Shown here one piece after another: positions 1 through 8,237 of a stretch of DNA of 17,570 nt; the stretch's first letter is position 1, and each line of letters begins with the position of its first letter. The notes under the pieces were generated by a model. The model made no database searches, was not told the origin of the DNA, and saw nothing but the letters and a program-made list of their open reading frames with translations. Source of the stretch: a virus (Duplodnaviria > Heunggongvirae > Uroviricota > Caudoviricetes); IMG/VR virus record IMGVR_UViG_3300023214_000389. One strand, written 5' to 3'. A program made the position numbers and the translations under genes.

Positions 1-1266
1 GTCTTCAAACCGACAGGCATCCAGATAAAAGATCGCCGGGTTTGTCCTCCTATGACGCATCCTATTTCGATGCGTACAACCTTGTTCACTCCCGAAACTG
101 ATATTTATGGTAGAAATCAGCAGCAAGTTTCCAGTGAATGGAGAAAAAAAGGCTATGGACAACTTTGTTGCCCTGCAAGGTTTGGAAAAACCGTTACGGT
201 AACTGACATTGTATGTAAAACTGGCACCAAGGCATTAATACTTTCCCACCAATGGGATATTTTAGAGCAATTTCATAGAACTATACGAGAGCACACAGAT
301 ATTGATGATGTAGAGAAAATGGCTGGTCGTAAACTAGTTGCTCTTTTGAGAGATCATAGCTGGGACGACATTGAAAATCTGGAAATAGTTCTCTCGTCTT
401 GGCAATCATGGTGGCACCCCTCCAAGCAACATTACCTAAAAAAGCATAGAGATACTTTTGGCATTGTCTTGGTAGATGAAAGTCATTTGTCGCAAGCTTC
501 GTGTTATAGTAAGGTAGTAAATTCTTTTAATTCCAAGTATCGTTGCGGTAATACTGCTACCCCCTTCAAAATGAATGAACTTCATGTCATAATTGAGAAT
601 ATTATCGGTCCTGTTGTAACTGAAGGCTACAGTAAGCAAATGAAGTGTGCGGTTGAATATACTCACACTGGCTACGTAGTTGAAAAATTTCCTAAGGGAA
701 AATGGACCACTATGATCTCTAGAATTGTAGAAGACGAAAAAAGAAATCAACTCATAGTTGATAAAGCTATCGAGGATGCAGAGAATGGCCGTCACGTTCT
801 AATTACCACGGAACGGACTGAACATGCAAAAAAATTGGCTTCTATGATAGATGAGAAAGGGATTCCTGCAATTCACGTAATAGGCTCAACTGCGGAAAGA
901 GATGCCGTTTGGGAGAAGGCCCGCAATGGAGAAGTTAAAGTGGTAGTTGCTATGAGGAGAATAACTCGTCTAGGAATTGATGTTCCTCTATGGGATACTT
1001 TCTATAACATCATTCCTACCTCCGATCCCTACAATTATTATCAAGAATTATCAAGAATTAGAACCTTTTACGAAGGTAAGCCTTTACCTTTGATTCGTGA
1101 TTTTATCGACGACCCTGAAGAGGAAGTTCGTGGGGCTATATTTGGAACCATGAAAAAAAGAAACTCTGTATATCTAGATCAAGGGTTTGAAGTCAGAAAT
1201 GCATCCTTCCGGAAGAAGACCCCTAGCAAGCGTTTTAGTTGGGGTAAGCGAACTTGTAAAGAATGA
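1..1266 (+). CDS. Superfamily 2 (DExH) helicase, UvsW/type III restriction Res-like; probably 5'-truncated by the window edge
   Basis: Walker A CPARFGKT, Walker B LVDESH, motif III NTAT, motif V RLGIDVP and a motif VI-like QELSRIR. The frame is open with no stop from base 1 to the ATG at 52, so the true start is probably upstream. Confidence 0.85.
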   Translation, partial: VFKPTGIQIKDRRVCPPMTHPISMRTTLFTPETDIYGRNQQQVSSEWRKKGYGQLCCPARFGKTVTVTDIVCKTGTKALILSHQWDILEQFHRTIREHTDIDDVEKMAGRKLVALLRDHSWDDIENLEIVLSSWQSWWHPSKQHYLKKHRDTFGIVLVDESHLSQASCYSKVVNSFNSKYRCGNTATPFKMNELHVIIENIIGPVVTEGYSKQMKCAVEYTHTGYVVEKFPKGKWTTMISRIVEDEKRNQLIVDKAIEDAENGRHVLITTERTEHAKKLASMIDEKGIPAIHVIGSTAERDAVWEKARNGEVKVVVAMRRITRLGIDVPLWDTFYNIIPTSDPYNYYQELSRIRTFYEGKPLPLIRDFIDDPEEEVRGAIFGTMKKRNSVYLDQGFEVRNASFRKKTPSKRFSWGKRTCKE

Positions 1267-1293
1267 GATTATCTATTTTAGGGAAGGTGATGT

Positions 1294-2163
1294 ATGAGAG
1301 CTTTGGTGATTTCCGGCGGGGGAGCAAAGTTTTGGTTTGGTTCTGGTGCTTTAGCCTGCTTAAAAAAGCAAGGGCAATATTTTGATCATGTTTACGGAAC
1401 TAGTACCGGAGCCATATGTACCTTACTTTGGATGCAGGGTAATCCTTCTATAGCCTGGGATATGGCGGAACAAATAAAACCAACCGAATTTGTTCGCGCC
1501 ACACACAATGTTGCTAAGATAAGTAGATTTGCTCAAGGTAAACCTATCGCAGATAATTCACCTATGCTCGAAAGCTTACAGAATCTTTTCCCCAGGCATA
1601 CTTTGGATTTTTCTTTTAAGTCTCACTCGATAGCAAGTAATCTTATAACTCAGAAAAGAAAAGTCTTTGATTTGCTAGAGAATGACCCCGATATTTATAG
1701 ATACGTTGTTGCTTCATGTTCTATACCTGCTCTTTTCCCTCCCGTTAGGTTTAACGATGATTTAGTGTGTGTCGATGGAGGTGCCATCGATAACACATTG
1801 CTTGATCCAGCTATTTCAGCCGGGTGTGACGAGATTGTTCTAATACTGTTAACTGAAAAAGAGATATATCGTTGTAATACCAATGATGTTTTTGATGTCA
1901 TCAGTGCATTAACAGATGGAACGCTAGCTAACTCTGCCATTAAAGACTTGAAACTTTGTGAAGCTAGAAACTTTGTGCCTGGATTCAAGCGTGTTAAGGT
2001 AAGTCTAATTCGCCCACAGCAGAGAGTTCCTGTTGAGTTGTTTGATTGGAGTAGTAAGCAAGCGAGGATGGCCTTTGATATGGGCTATACAGACGCCCTG
2101 AATATGGAATTGGTAATTGACCCAAAGAAACTTGACAAGTCAACAGAAAACACAGAACTTTAG
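1294..2163 (+). CDS. Patatin-like phospholipase
   Basis: Gly-rich oxyanion motif SGGGAK, nucleophile elbow GTSTG (GxSxG) and catalytic DGG. RBS-like GGAAGGTGAT lies just upstream. Confidence 0.9.
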   Translation: MRALVISGGGAKFWFGSGALACLKKQGQYFDHVYGTSTGAICTLLWMQGNPSIAWDMAEQIKPTEFVRATHNVAKISRFAQGKPIADNSPMLESLQNLFPRHTLDFSFKSHSIASNLITQKRKVFDLLENDPDIYRYVVASCSIPALFPPVRFNDDLVCVDGGAIDNTLLDPAISAGCDEIVLILLTEKEIYRCNTNDVFDVISALTDGTLANSAIKDLKLCEARNFVPGFKRVKVSLIRPQQRVPVELFDWSSKQARMAFDMGYTDALNMELVIDPKKLDKSTENTEL

Positions 2164-2815
2164 GTCTTTAAAAGAAGTAACTCCTAGAAACCCTTCCCAG
2201 AAAAACTATCTCGAAGCAATTGACGAAAACGTGGTCACATTTGGAATTGGTCCTGCGGGCACAGGAAAAACATTTCTTGCAATGTATAAGGCTTTATGTT
2301 ACCTTTGGAGCAAAAAAACTACTGGAATAAATAGAATCATTTTAACTAGGCCAGCGGTAGAAGCAGGGGAACGTTTAGGATTTCTTCCGGGAATTATAGA
2401 GGAAAAAATGGATCCGTTTATGCGTCCTCTATATGATGCTCTATACAACATTGCAGGGTATTCAGACGGTACAAATAAAATCAAAAAGGGTGTGATTGAA
2501 ATTGCGCCAGTAGCCTTCATGAGAGGGCGTACATTAGATGATGCTTTCATAATTTTGGATGAGGCACAAAATTGTAGCTGGGAGCAGTTAAAAATGATTC
2601 TCACAAGATTGGGAGAAAACGTTAAGCTTGTGATAAGTGGAGATCCTAATCAATCTGATCTTAAAGGATCTGGTTTAAATAATATTATTGATGCTGTAGA
2701 TCGTACAAATAATGTAGAAGTAATCAGATTCCAAGCTAGAGATGTGGAGAGAAGCAAAATTGTCAAAGATATATTAACCTCTCTAGAAAAGTATGAGAAT
2801 ATAAGACAAGCTTAA
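2117..2815 (+). CDS. phoH: PhoH-family ATPase
   Basis: GPAGTGKT, RPAVEAGERLGFLPG, FMRGRT, ILDEAQN, KMILTRLG and GDPNQSDL are all PhoH hallmarks. The start is a TTG overlapping the patatin end and its exact position is uncertain. Confidence 0.95.
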   Translation: MTQRNLTSQQKTQNFRSLKEVTPRNPSQKNYLEAIDENVVTFGIGPAGTGKTFLAMYKALCYLWSKKTTGINRIILTRPAVEAGERLGFLPGIIEEKMDPFMRPLYDALYNIAGYSDGTNKIKKGVIEIAPVAFMRGRTLDDAFIILDEAQNCSWEQLKMILTRLGENVKLVISGDPNQSDLKGSGLNNIIDAVDRTNNVEVIRFQARDVERSKIVKDILTSLEKYENIRQA

Positions 2816-2830
2816 ATTGGTACTGCACTG

Positions 2831-2846
2831 TGTAAGTTACAGTAAC
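2831..2846. promoter_or_regulatory. Overlapping palindromes (possible operator) just upstream of the glycan cluster
   Basis: TGTAA-G-TTACA (2831-2841) and GTTAC-A-GTAAC (2836-2846) lie in the 41-bp gap between phoH and the cluster. Function is inferred only. Confidence 0.3.
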
Positions 2847-2856
2847 CCTATATCAA

Positions 2857-3495
2857 ATGAATAGATTTCTTATCACAGCTTGTGGCCGGTCCGGCACTAA
2901 ATTTTTAGCTGATCTTATGAATCAGTCTAAAATATGGACGGTAAACCATGAACCCGATGCTCAATGGTATCAGAGAAAAAGAATTACACAAGAAACAAGA
3001 CCTCTATTACAACTAGCTTCTTACAGTAGATTCGCTAATACTATTTACTATGGAGAAGTTAATAGTTTAATGAGGCTTCTTATAATACCAAAAAAAAATT
3101 CTAATGTAAAAAGAGTTAATGATTTTCCTGTTGATAAAAAGGGTATAATTCTTAGGAACCCTTACGAACTTTTTTTATCTACTATAAACAGACGAAATTC
3201 AGAAAAGTGGGATGAGTGCCTTTATAATCTTGAAAACGATCTTGATATTATTGAATGGTGTGTAAAGCAAAAATTTAGGAAAATACGATTCAGTAAAATG
3301 GTATCAGATACTGTATACACTCAAGAACTATTAAGAGATTTTGGTATTAATGATGTTGAGATAACTTCTAAAATGTTACAAGTTAAGAAGAACCATACAG
3401 AAGAAAAAATAGTAACTATAGATGATCTTAACTCCACGCAGAAGGGGATTTTGAATTCGATAAGCTCAAGATTTTTAGAGAGACACGAAGTATGA
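2857..3495 (+). CDS. PAPS-dependent sulfotransferase-like protein
   Basis: N-terminal ITACGRSGTKFL (5'-phosphosulfate-binding RSGT loop), then HEP, and IILRNPYELFLS (3'-phosphate-binding R-x-P...S). Confidence 0.7.
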   Translation: MNRFLITACGRSGTKFLADLMNQSKIWTVNHEPDAQWYQRKRITQETRPLLQLASYSRFANTIYYGEVNSLMRLLIIPKKNSNVKRVNDFPVDKKGIILRNPYELFLSTINRRNSEKWDECLYNLENDLDIIEWCVKQKFRKIRFSKMVSDTVYTQELLRDFGINDVEITSKMLQVKKNHTEEKIVTIDDLNSTQKGILNSISSRFLERHEV

Positions 3496-4289
3496 AGATT
3501 TTATATGCTGGTCCATGGGCAGGGGAATTTGGCTGGGAGCTTTGTTCGTGGAACCCTAGAATTCGCAAGCTAGCAGAGGGCTACAATCGAGTTATTGTAG
3601 AAGGACCATCTACATCAGAATATTTGTATGAATTTGCTGACGAATATATTATTAACAATACAAAACCTAATACTTCAGATGGTTATAAAGGAGAGACTAC
3701 AAAGTCTGCTGGATCGAGAGAAAATGCTACTATAGTTCGACCAAACTGGGAACTTATGGGTAAGCCAGAGATGAAACTTCTCAAAGGCTCTTATCAGGCT
3801 AACTCAGAGAAAAAATGGCGCTGTTTAGCTCCAGAAAATCCCATTGAAGTAGCAGAAGTTCTATGTTCTTTTCGCCCAGTGAAAAGATATCGTGGCAGGG
3901 TCTTAAACGACAAAGAGTATCCTAAAAAATTATGCACTCAGTTGGTAGGGGAACTAATGATTAGAGGATTCTCTGTAGCATGCATCGGAGGGTCCTCTAA
4001 TTACTATATCCCTGGAACTATTGACCTTCGAGGCAAGCCTCTCGAAGAACAATGCAGTGCAATAGCGGCGAGCAAGGTTGTGCTTGGGCCTAGTAGTGGG
4101 CCATTGCACCTAGCCGCTCTATGCAATACTCCTCATGTTGTGTGGTACAACAGACCCAATCAAGTTACTTCCTACGCCCGCTACCGAGACCATTGGAACC
4201 CATTTAACACTCCCCACACCTACCTAAAGCAGCAAATTCCTACACCTCAGCAGATTGCGGACGCGGCATCGGAGTACGGAAATGCTTAG
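3492..4289 (+). CDS. Divergent GT-B glycosyltransferase, GT9 (heptosyltransferase)-like
   Basis: The C-terminal IDLRGKPLEEQCSAIAASKVVLGPSSGPLHLAALCNTPHVV matches the GT9 D/S-SG-x-x-H-L-A motif. The N-terminus (GPWAGEFGWEL) is atypical. Confidence 0.65.
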   Translation: MKILYAGPWAGEFGWELCSWNPRIRKLAEGYNRVIVEGPSTSEYLYEFADEYIINNTKPNTSDGYKGETTKSAGSRENATIVRPNWELMGKPEMKLLKGSYQANSEKKWRCLAPENPIEVAEVLCSFRPVKRYRGRVLNDKEYPKKLCTQLVGELMIRGFSVACIGGSSNYYIPGTIDLRGKPLEEQCSAIAASKVVLGPSSGPLHLAALCNTPHVVWYNRPNQVTSYARYRDHWNPFNTPHTYLKQQIPTPQQIADAASEYGNA

Positions 4290-4779
4290 CTTAAACGTAG
4301 GATGCGGAACTGATTACAGAGAGGGTTTCGTCAATATAGACGGTAGTGATGTTTTACCGCGCGTGGACCAAGTGATAGATTTCAACTCAGCTAAGCTCAG
4401 TGATCACTTCGGAGAGATTGACCACATTCTATGCAATGACTTCATAGAGCATTTCTTTCACTGGGAGGCTGTATCTTTGCTAGAAGATTTCTACAGAGTT
4501 CTACGAGGAGGAGGTACCTTAGAGTTGCGGGTTCCTGATAGCGAGTGGATTATCAACTCTGACAAACCTACAGAGTGGAAACTTCGTCAGATGTACGGGG
4601 GACAAGATCTTTATCAAGGCAAGATGGATTTTTCTAGAGAAGAATACCCTCAATTCTTCTGCCATAAATATGGATGGACTAGAGAAAGGATTCGTAAGGA
4701 TCTAGAGAATATTGGCTTTCGAAACCTTAGATTTGAACAAGTTAATGCCAATTTCGTGACGCACGGAAGAAAGCCATGA
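4282..4779 (+). CDS. Class I SAM-dependent methyltransferase
   Basis: LNVGCG motif I, FVNID, and IEH...FYRVLRGGGTL. Start moved from 4255 to the ATG at 4282, which follows GGAG and overlaps the upstream stop. Confidence 0.8.
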   Translation: MLSLNVGCGTDYREGFVNIDGSDVLPRVDQVIDFNSAKLSDHFGEIDHILCNDFIEHFFHWEAVSLLEDFYRVLRGGGTLELRVPDSEWIINSDKPTEWKLRQMYGGQDLYQGKMDFSREEYPQFFCHKYGWTRERIRKDLENIGFRNLRFEQVNANFVTHGRKP

Positions 4780-5552
4780 AGATTTATCCCGATCTACACG
4801 ATGGTATTGTTCGCATTCGTAACAATAATGTCTGCCTAGCCCGAGGGTTCCTACAACATAAGGGTTTCTTCGATAAGGTGGTAGAAAAAGTACAGCAAGT
4901 TGCTAGATATAAAGCTGGATGTAGGGTAGAGTGGCCGTTCGAGAAGATTCACGAGCACATATCTGCGGAGAAAATAAAACTTCTGTGTACCAATCTTGCC
5001 AGAGAGTCAGGACCTAACTCTCTGCGGATGATGATGGCCAAATTTACCCACGATGTAGTAAGGGAAGATCTAGGAGTCACAAACAAGTTCTGGCTAGACT
5101 TCCAGCCTGTGGTGCGCTTCTACACACCTCATGACTTCTGGGTAGCAAACAAAAGTCAACTAAATCTTGGGGGTCACCTCAGAATACAGGGGCCTCATCA
5201 CGATACTTGGTTCGGTCACGCAACCGAGGGCATGAATCTATGGATGGCTATAGGCCCTGTCCGGCCCGGCAATGGTCTATCTTTGTACCCCGAAGCTACC
5301 GAATCAGGGTATATTAACCACGATGGGAATTACGGTATGCCTCGTGACCAGAAGCTTGGCATTCCTGTAAACTTTAACATGGATCCGGGAGATATGCTTC
5401 TCTTCCATGGAGAAACAGTTCATTCGTCAGAGTTGAATCAAACACAAGATACTCGTTTTGTTTTGACCACGAGATTTTCGCTAGTCCCTCCTGTTTTTAA
5501 AAAGGGTGCTCACGGTGGTAACAGTCCGTGGATCACATCGGAGGAAATATGA
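4776..5552 (+). CDS. Fe(II)/2-oxoglutarate dioxygenase, PhyH-like
   Basis: HxD in PHHDTW, NLWMAI strand, GDMLLFH, distal His in TVHSS, and a putative 2OG-binding Arg 11 residues later (DTRF). Confidence 0.8.
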   Translation: MKIYPDLHDGIVRIRNNNVCLARGFLQHKGFFDKVVEKVQQVARYKAGCRVEWPFEKIHEHISAEKIKLLCTNLARESGPNSLRMMMAKFTHDVVREDLGVTNKFWLDFQPVVRFYTPHDFWVANKSQLNLGGHLRIQGPHHDTWFGHATEGMNLWMAIGPVRPGNGLSLYPEATESGYINHDGNYGMPRDQKLGIPVNFNMDPGDMLLFHGETVHSSELNQTQDTRFVLTTRFSLVPPVFKKGAHGGNSPWITSEEI

Positions 5553-5794
5553 GCGAGATCAAGGTCGTAAAGTCTGGAATCATCTCCGTAGAGATCGAAG
5601 GTGAGGTACATTACTTATCTAGATACTGTACTCATGAGGGTGCTGATTTGTCTCTCGGGTATTTGGACGAATATGGTTGTCTTCGGTGCCCGTGGCACAA
5701 TCTAGCGTTCGATAAGGATGGAAAGCAAATTTGCAAGAGCCTAAAGAATTTGAAGAAATATCGAAAAGAGGGTGACGAATATGTGGTTGATTAA
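5549..5794 (+). CDS. Small Rieske [2Fe-2S] ferredoxin-like protein
   Basis: CTH...CPWH Rieske ligands. Start taken at the ATG at 5549 (GGAGG RBS, ATGA overlap with the dioxygenase stop). Confidence 0.9.
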   Translation: MSEIKVVKSGIISVEIEGEVHYLSRYCTHEGADLSLGYLDEYGCLRCPWHNLAFDKDGKQICKSLKNLKKYRKEGDEYVVD

Positions 5795-6731
5795 TACCTC
5801 TTACGGGTGGAACCCCGGAGATGACCTAATTAGGGAGGGGGTATTCAATCTCTTAAGGTTAAGCCAAGTTACTCCCAAGGTTTTTGTTAATAGAGGGCAG
5901 ACAAAGGTAAATGATAAAACTGTTCCTATCTGGAAGATTCTTCGTAATTTCGAGTCTACGGAACATCTGGTATCTCAAGCAACAGGCATAATTATGGCAG
6001 GAAGTCCGGAATGGGTAGATTTCTTTGAAGATTTCTATATACAAGCGTCTGCATACAATGTTCCAATATACATGGTTGGTATTGGGATGAGATCGGTATC
6101 TAAAGATGCTAACAATCTAGTAAACAGTGTTAAACACTTGATAAAAGGGGCCACTGTAAGGGATAAACATGCTTCTGCTGCTCTAAAAAGTTGCGGAATT
6201 GAGTCTCAATGGTTTCCTGATCCAGCTTTCTCTGCATCGTATACCATTCCTACATCGAAACGTTACGGGTTGGTTGTTAATTATAGATCTCATGGAGGTA
6301 ACGGGACATTCAAGGATACTTATGATGATAAATGGAGAGAAATAGCTAAAAAATATGAAAGCGATATAGAGATTGTAACAGTGCATGAACAAGGTGAATA
6401 CAAAAAAGCAAAAAAGATTTTTAGTTCTCCTGTTTTCTATAGTTCTGATTACACAGATTACAAGTACATATACTCTAACACAAAGTTATACATAGGAGGA
6501 AGAATTCACGGGGCTACACCTGTTTTGTCTACAGGAGGTACAGCTTACTTGATTTACAATTCTCCTAAAATAGATGCTCTTCAGAAAGTATCTAAATTTA
6601 TGGATACTTTAAAAGTGTTGAACTTTAATTCCCCAGTACCCGATATAAGTTACATAGATTCTACATTGGCTATTAAAAGACTTCAAGAATACATTCAACA
6701 ACACAAGAGATATTGGGAACTTCGTTTATGA
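5781..6731 (+). CDS. Polysaccharide pyruvyl transferase family protein
   Basis: WNPGDDLI (NxGD), TVRD..S, PDPAF and GGRIHG motifs in family order. Start taken at the ATG at 5781. Confidence 0.8.
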   Translation: MWLINTSYGWNPGDDLIREGVFNLLRLSQVTPKVFVNRGQTKVNDKTVPIWKILRNFESTEHLVSQATGIIMAGSPEWVDFFEDFYIQASAYNVPIYMVGIGMRSVSKDANNLVNSVKHLIKGATVRDKHASAALKSCGIESQWFPDPAFSASYTIPTSKRYGLVVNYRSHGGNGTFKDTYDDKWREIAKKYESDIEIVTVHEQGEYKKAKKIFSSPVFYSSDYTDYKYIYSNTKLYIGGRIHGATPVLSTGGTAYLIYNSPKIDALQKVSKFMDTLKVLNFNSPVPDISYIDSTLAIKRLQEYIQQHKRYWELRL

Positions 6732-7648
6732 AATTTCTCTTGCTTTGTTCTTCAAACCCCATTGGGACTGCATTTGGGATGCAGCACGGCCTAAAACAAG
6801 GAGGGCACGTAGCTGATATGTTCTTTGCAGATAAGTGGAAAGCAAGAGAAATTATTTCAATGTCTGATAGATACGACAGTATAATTGTGTGTAAGGGTAC
6901 CATGATTAGGAACTTAGATGAATACCAAATGGTATTTAGTAAAGTTGCAGATTCAACTTACTTCATCCCTGATGTGGTTAATAGGGGCAAAAGAGCAGAT
7001 TCAGTAGGACCTAGAGGTATGATTTGTACTCGAATAGTATGCACTGGCACGGAAGCGGCCAAGTGGTATAGGGATAATGGCTATTCTGGTAGAATAGCAC
7101 AAATATATCAAGGATACAGGCCACATATATGGCAGCCAGGAGAGGGTCCGGGAGGCACGCAAGATAGAGTATCTTTTTTGGGGTCTTTCTACAAAGATGA
7201 CGGAGGCAGAGAATTCAAGTTAAAATCACTCCAAAATAAAGGCTATAAGATCTTAGTACGGAATAATATTTTTCATAAAGAAGCAGCTAGTATTTATTGG
7301 ACTAGCGCTATAAATATAAATTTTTCTGCCTGGGATTGCACCTCTAACAGAGCTATTAGAGTGATGGCATCTGGGGGCTTTCTTTTAACAGAATGGAACA
7401 GAGATATTGAAGCTACATTTGAACCCGGAAACCAATTGGACTGGTTTAAAACAGAGAAAGAAATGCAAGAAAAGGTTAAATTTTATATTAATAATCCAGA
7501 TGTAAGGAGAAAAATAGCGAAAAGAGGAAGAGATTGGGCTAAAGAAAGAGACTGGACATCGCAAATGAACAAAATTGTAAAATTCATCCAAGGGGAAGAA
7601 GATTTTTGTGATGGAGATGCTAGGGAGTATACTAGTGAAACATTATGA
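6728..7648 (+). CDS. CgeB-like (Glyco_trans_1_2) GT-B glycosyltransferase, paralogue 1
   Basis: FLGS, SAININF, SNRAIRVMASGGFLLTE, and FEPGNQL...YINNPDVRRKIAKRG, a typical CgeB-family C-terminus. ATGA overlap at 6728-6731. Confidence 0.8.
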   Translation: MKFLLLCSSNPIGTAFGMQHGLKQGGHVADMFFADKWKAREIISMSDRYDSIIVCKGTMIRNLDEYQMVFSKVADSTYFIPDVVNRGKRADSVGPRGMICTRIVCTGTEAAKWYRDNGYSGRIAQIYQGYRPHIWQPGEGPGGTQDRVSFLGSFYKDDGGREFKLKSLQNKGYKILVRNNIFHKEAASIYWTSAININFSAWDCTSNRAIRVMASGGFLLTEWNRDIEATFEPGNQLDWFKTEKEMQEKVKFYINNPDVRRKIAKRGRDWAKERDWTSQMNKIVKFIQGEEDFCDGDAREYTSETL

Positions 7649-8228
7649 ACCAAGAAAATACTGGCCCGAAAGACTAAAAAAGCAGGGAAAAAATTATGTT
7701 GCCTGGAGAAACGAGGCTAAAGCTTTTAGCAAGCAAGAAAGAGTATTCTGGAATGCTATACAACCATTGCTTCCATCAGGCGGACGTGTTTTGGATTTTG
7801 GGTGTGGGGTGGGTAGGTTTACAACTGTAATATCTTCAATAGTAGATCAATACGACGGAGTTGATCTGAATAAAGAAGCTCTAGAGTTTGCGCCTTCTGT
7901 AGATAATGCGACATTTACATACCTTCTAGAAGATAATTTGCCATTTGATGAAAATACTTTTGATGGGGCATTAGCTTTAACTGTTTTGCAACACATAGTA
8001 GATCCCCAATCATTTGAACTTTGGACGAATGAACTAGCTAGAGTAATAAAGCCGGGAGGGTTTTTTATAGGTATCGAAACTCCTTCTCTCAAGGTAAAGC
8101 CAGCTCCTCACATGAGGTGGAGAACTTCAAAAATTATTGCCGAAGCCCTAGGAGGGCGTGTAGAAACGGTTCACAATATTTCTGCTGAGTTTCAAAATTC
8201 CCATTATTGTTTTCTAGCTAGATTGTAA
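7635..8228 (+). CDS. Class I SAM-dependent methyltransferase
   Basis: N-terminal YWxxR, VLDFGCGVGRF, YDGVD, LPFDENTFD and LARVIKPGG. GTG start at 7635, 7 nt after AGGGAG. Confidence 0.88.
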   Translation: MKHYEPRKYWPERLKKQGKNYVAWRNEAKAFSKQERVFWNAIQPLLPSGGRVLDFGCGVGRFTTVISSIVDQYDGVDLNKEALEFAPSVDNATFTYLLEDNLPFDENTFDGALALTVLQHIVDPQSFELWTNELARVIKPGGFFIGIETPSLKVKPAPHMRWRTSKIIAEALGGRVETVHNISAEFQNSHYCFLARL

Positions 8229-8237
8229 GAAGTAATA

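Noticed and set aside
1038-1060. 10-bp tandem repeat TTATCAAGAA x2 in the SF2 helicase as a frameshifting duplication
   Set aside because: The present frame gives a motif VI-like QELSRIR and continues to a plausible end. Removing one unit leads to an early stop.
1294-2163. CBASS defence system
   Set aside because: A patatin is present but no CD-NTase or Cap2/Cap3 is in the window.
4776-5552. TET/JBP DNA base dioxygenase
   Set aside because: The motif layout (PHHD, NLW, GDMLLFH, H...R) is PhyH-like rather than TET/JBP-like. A DNA substrate is kept only as an alternative hypothesis.
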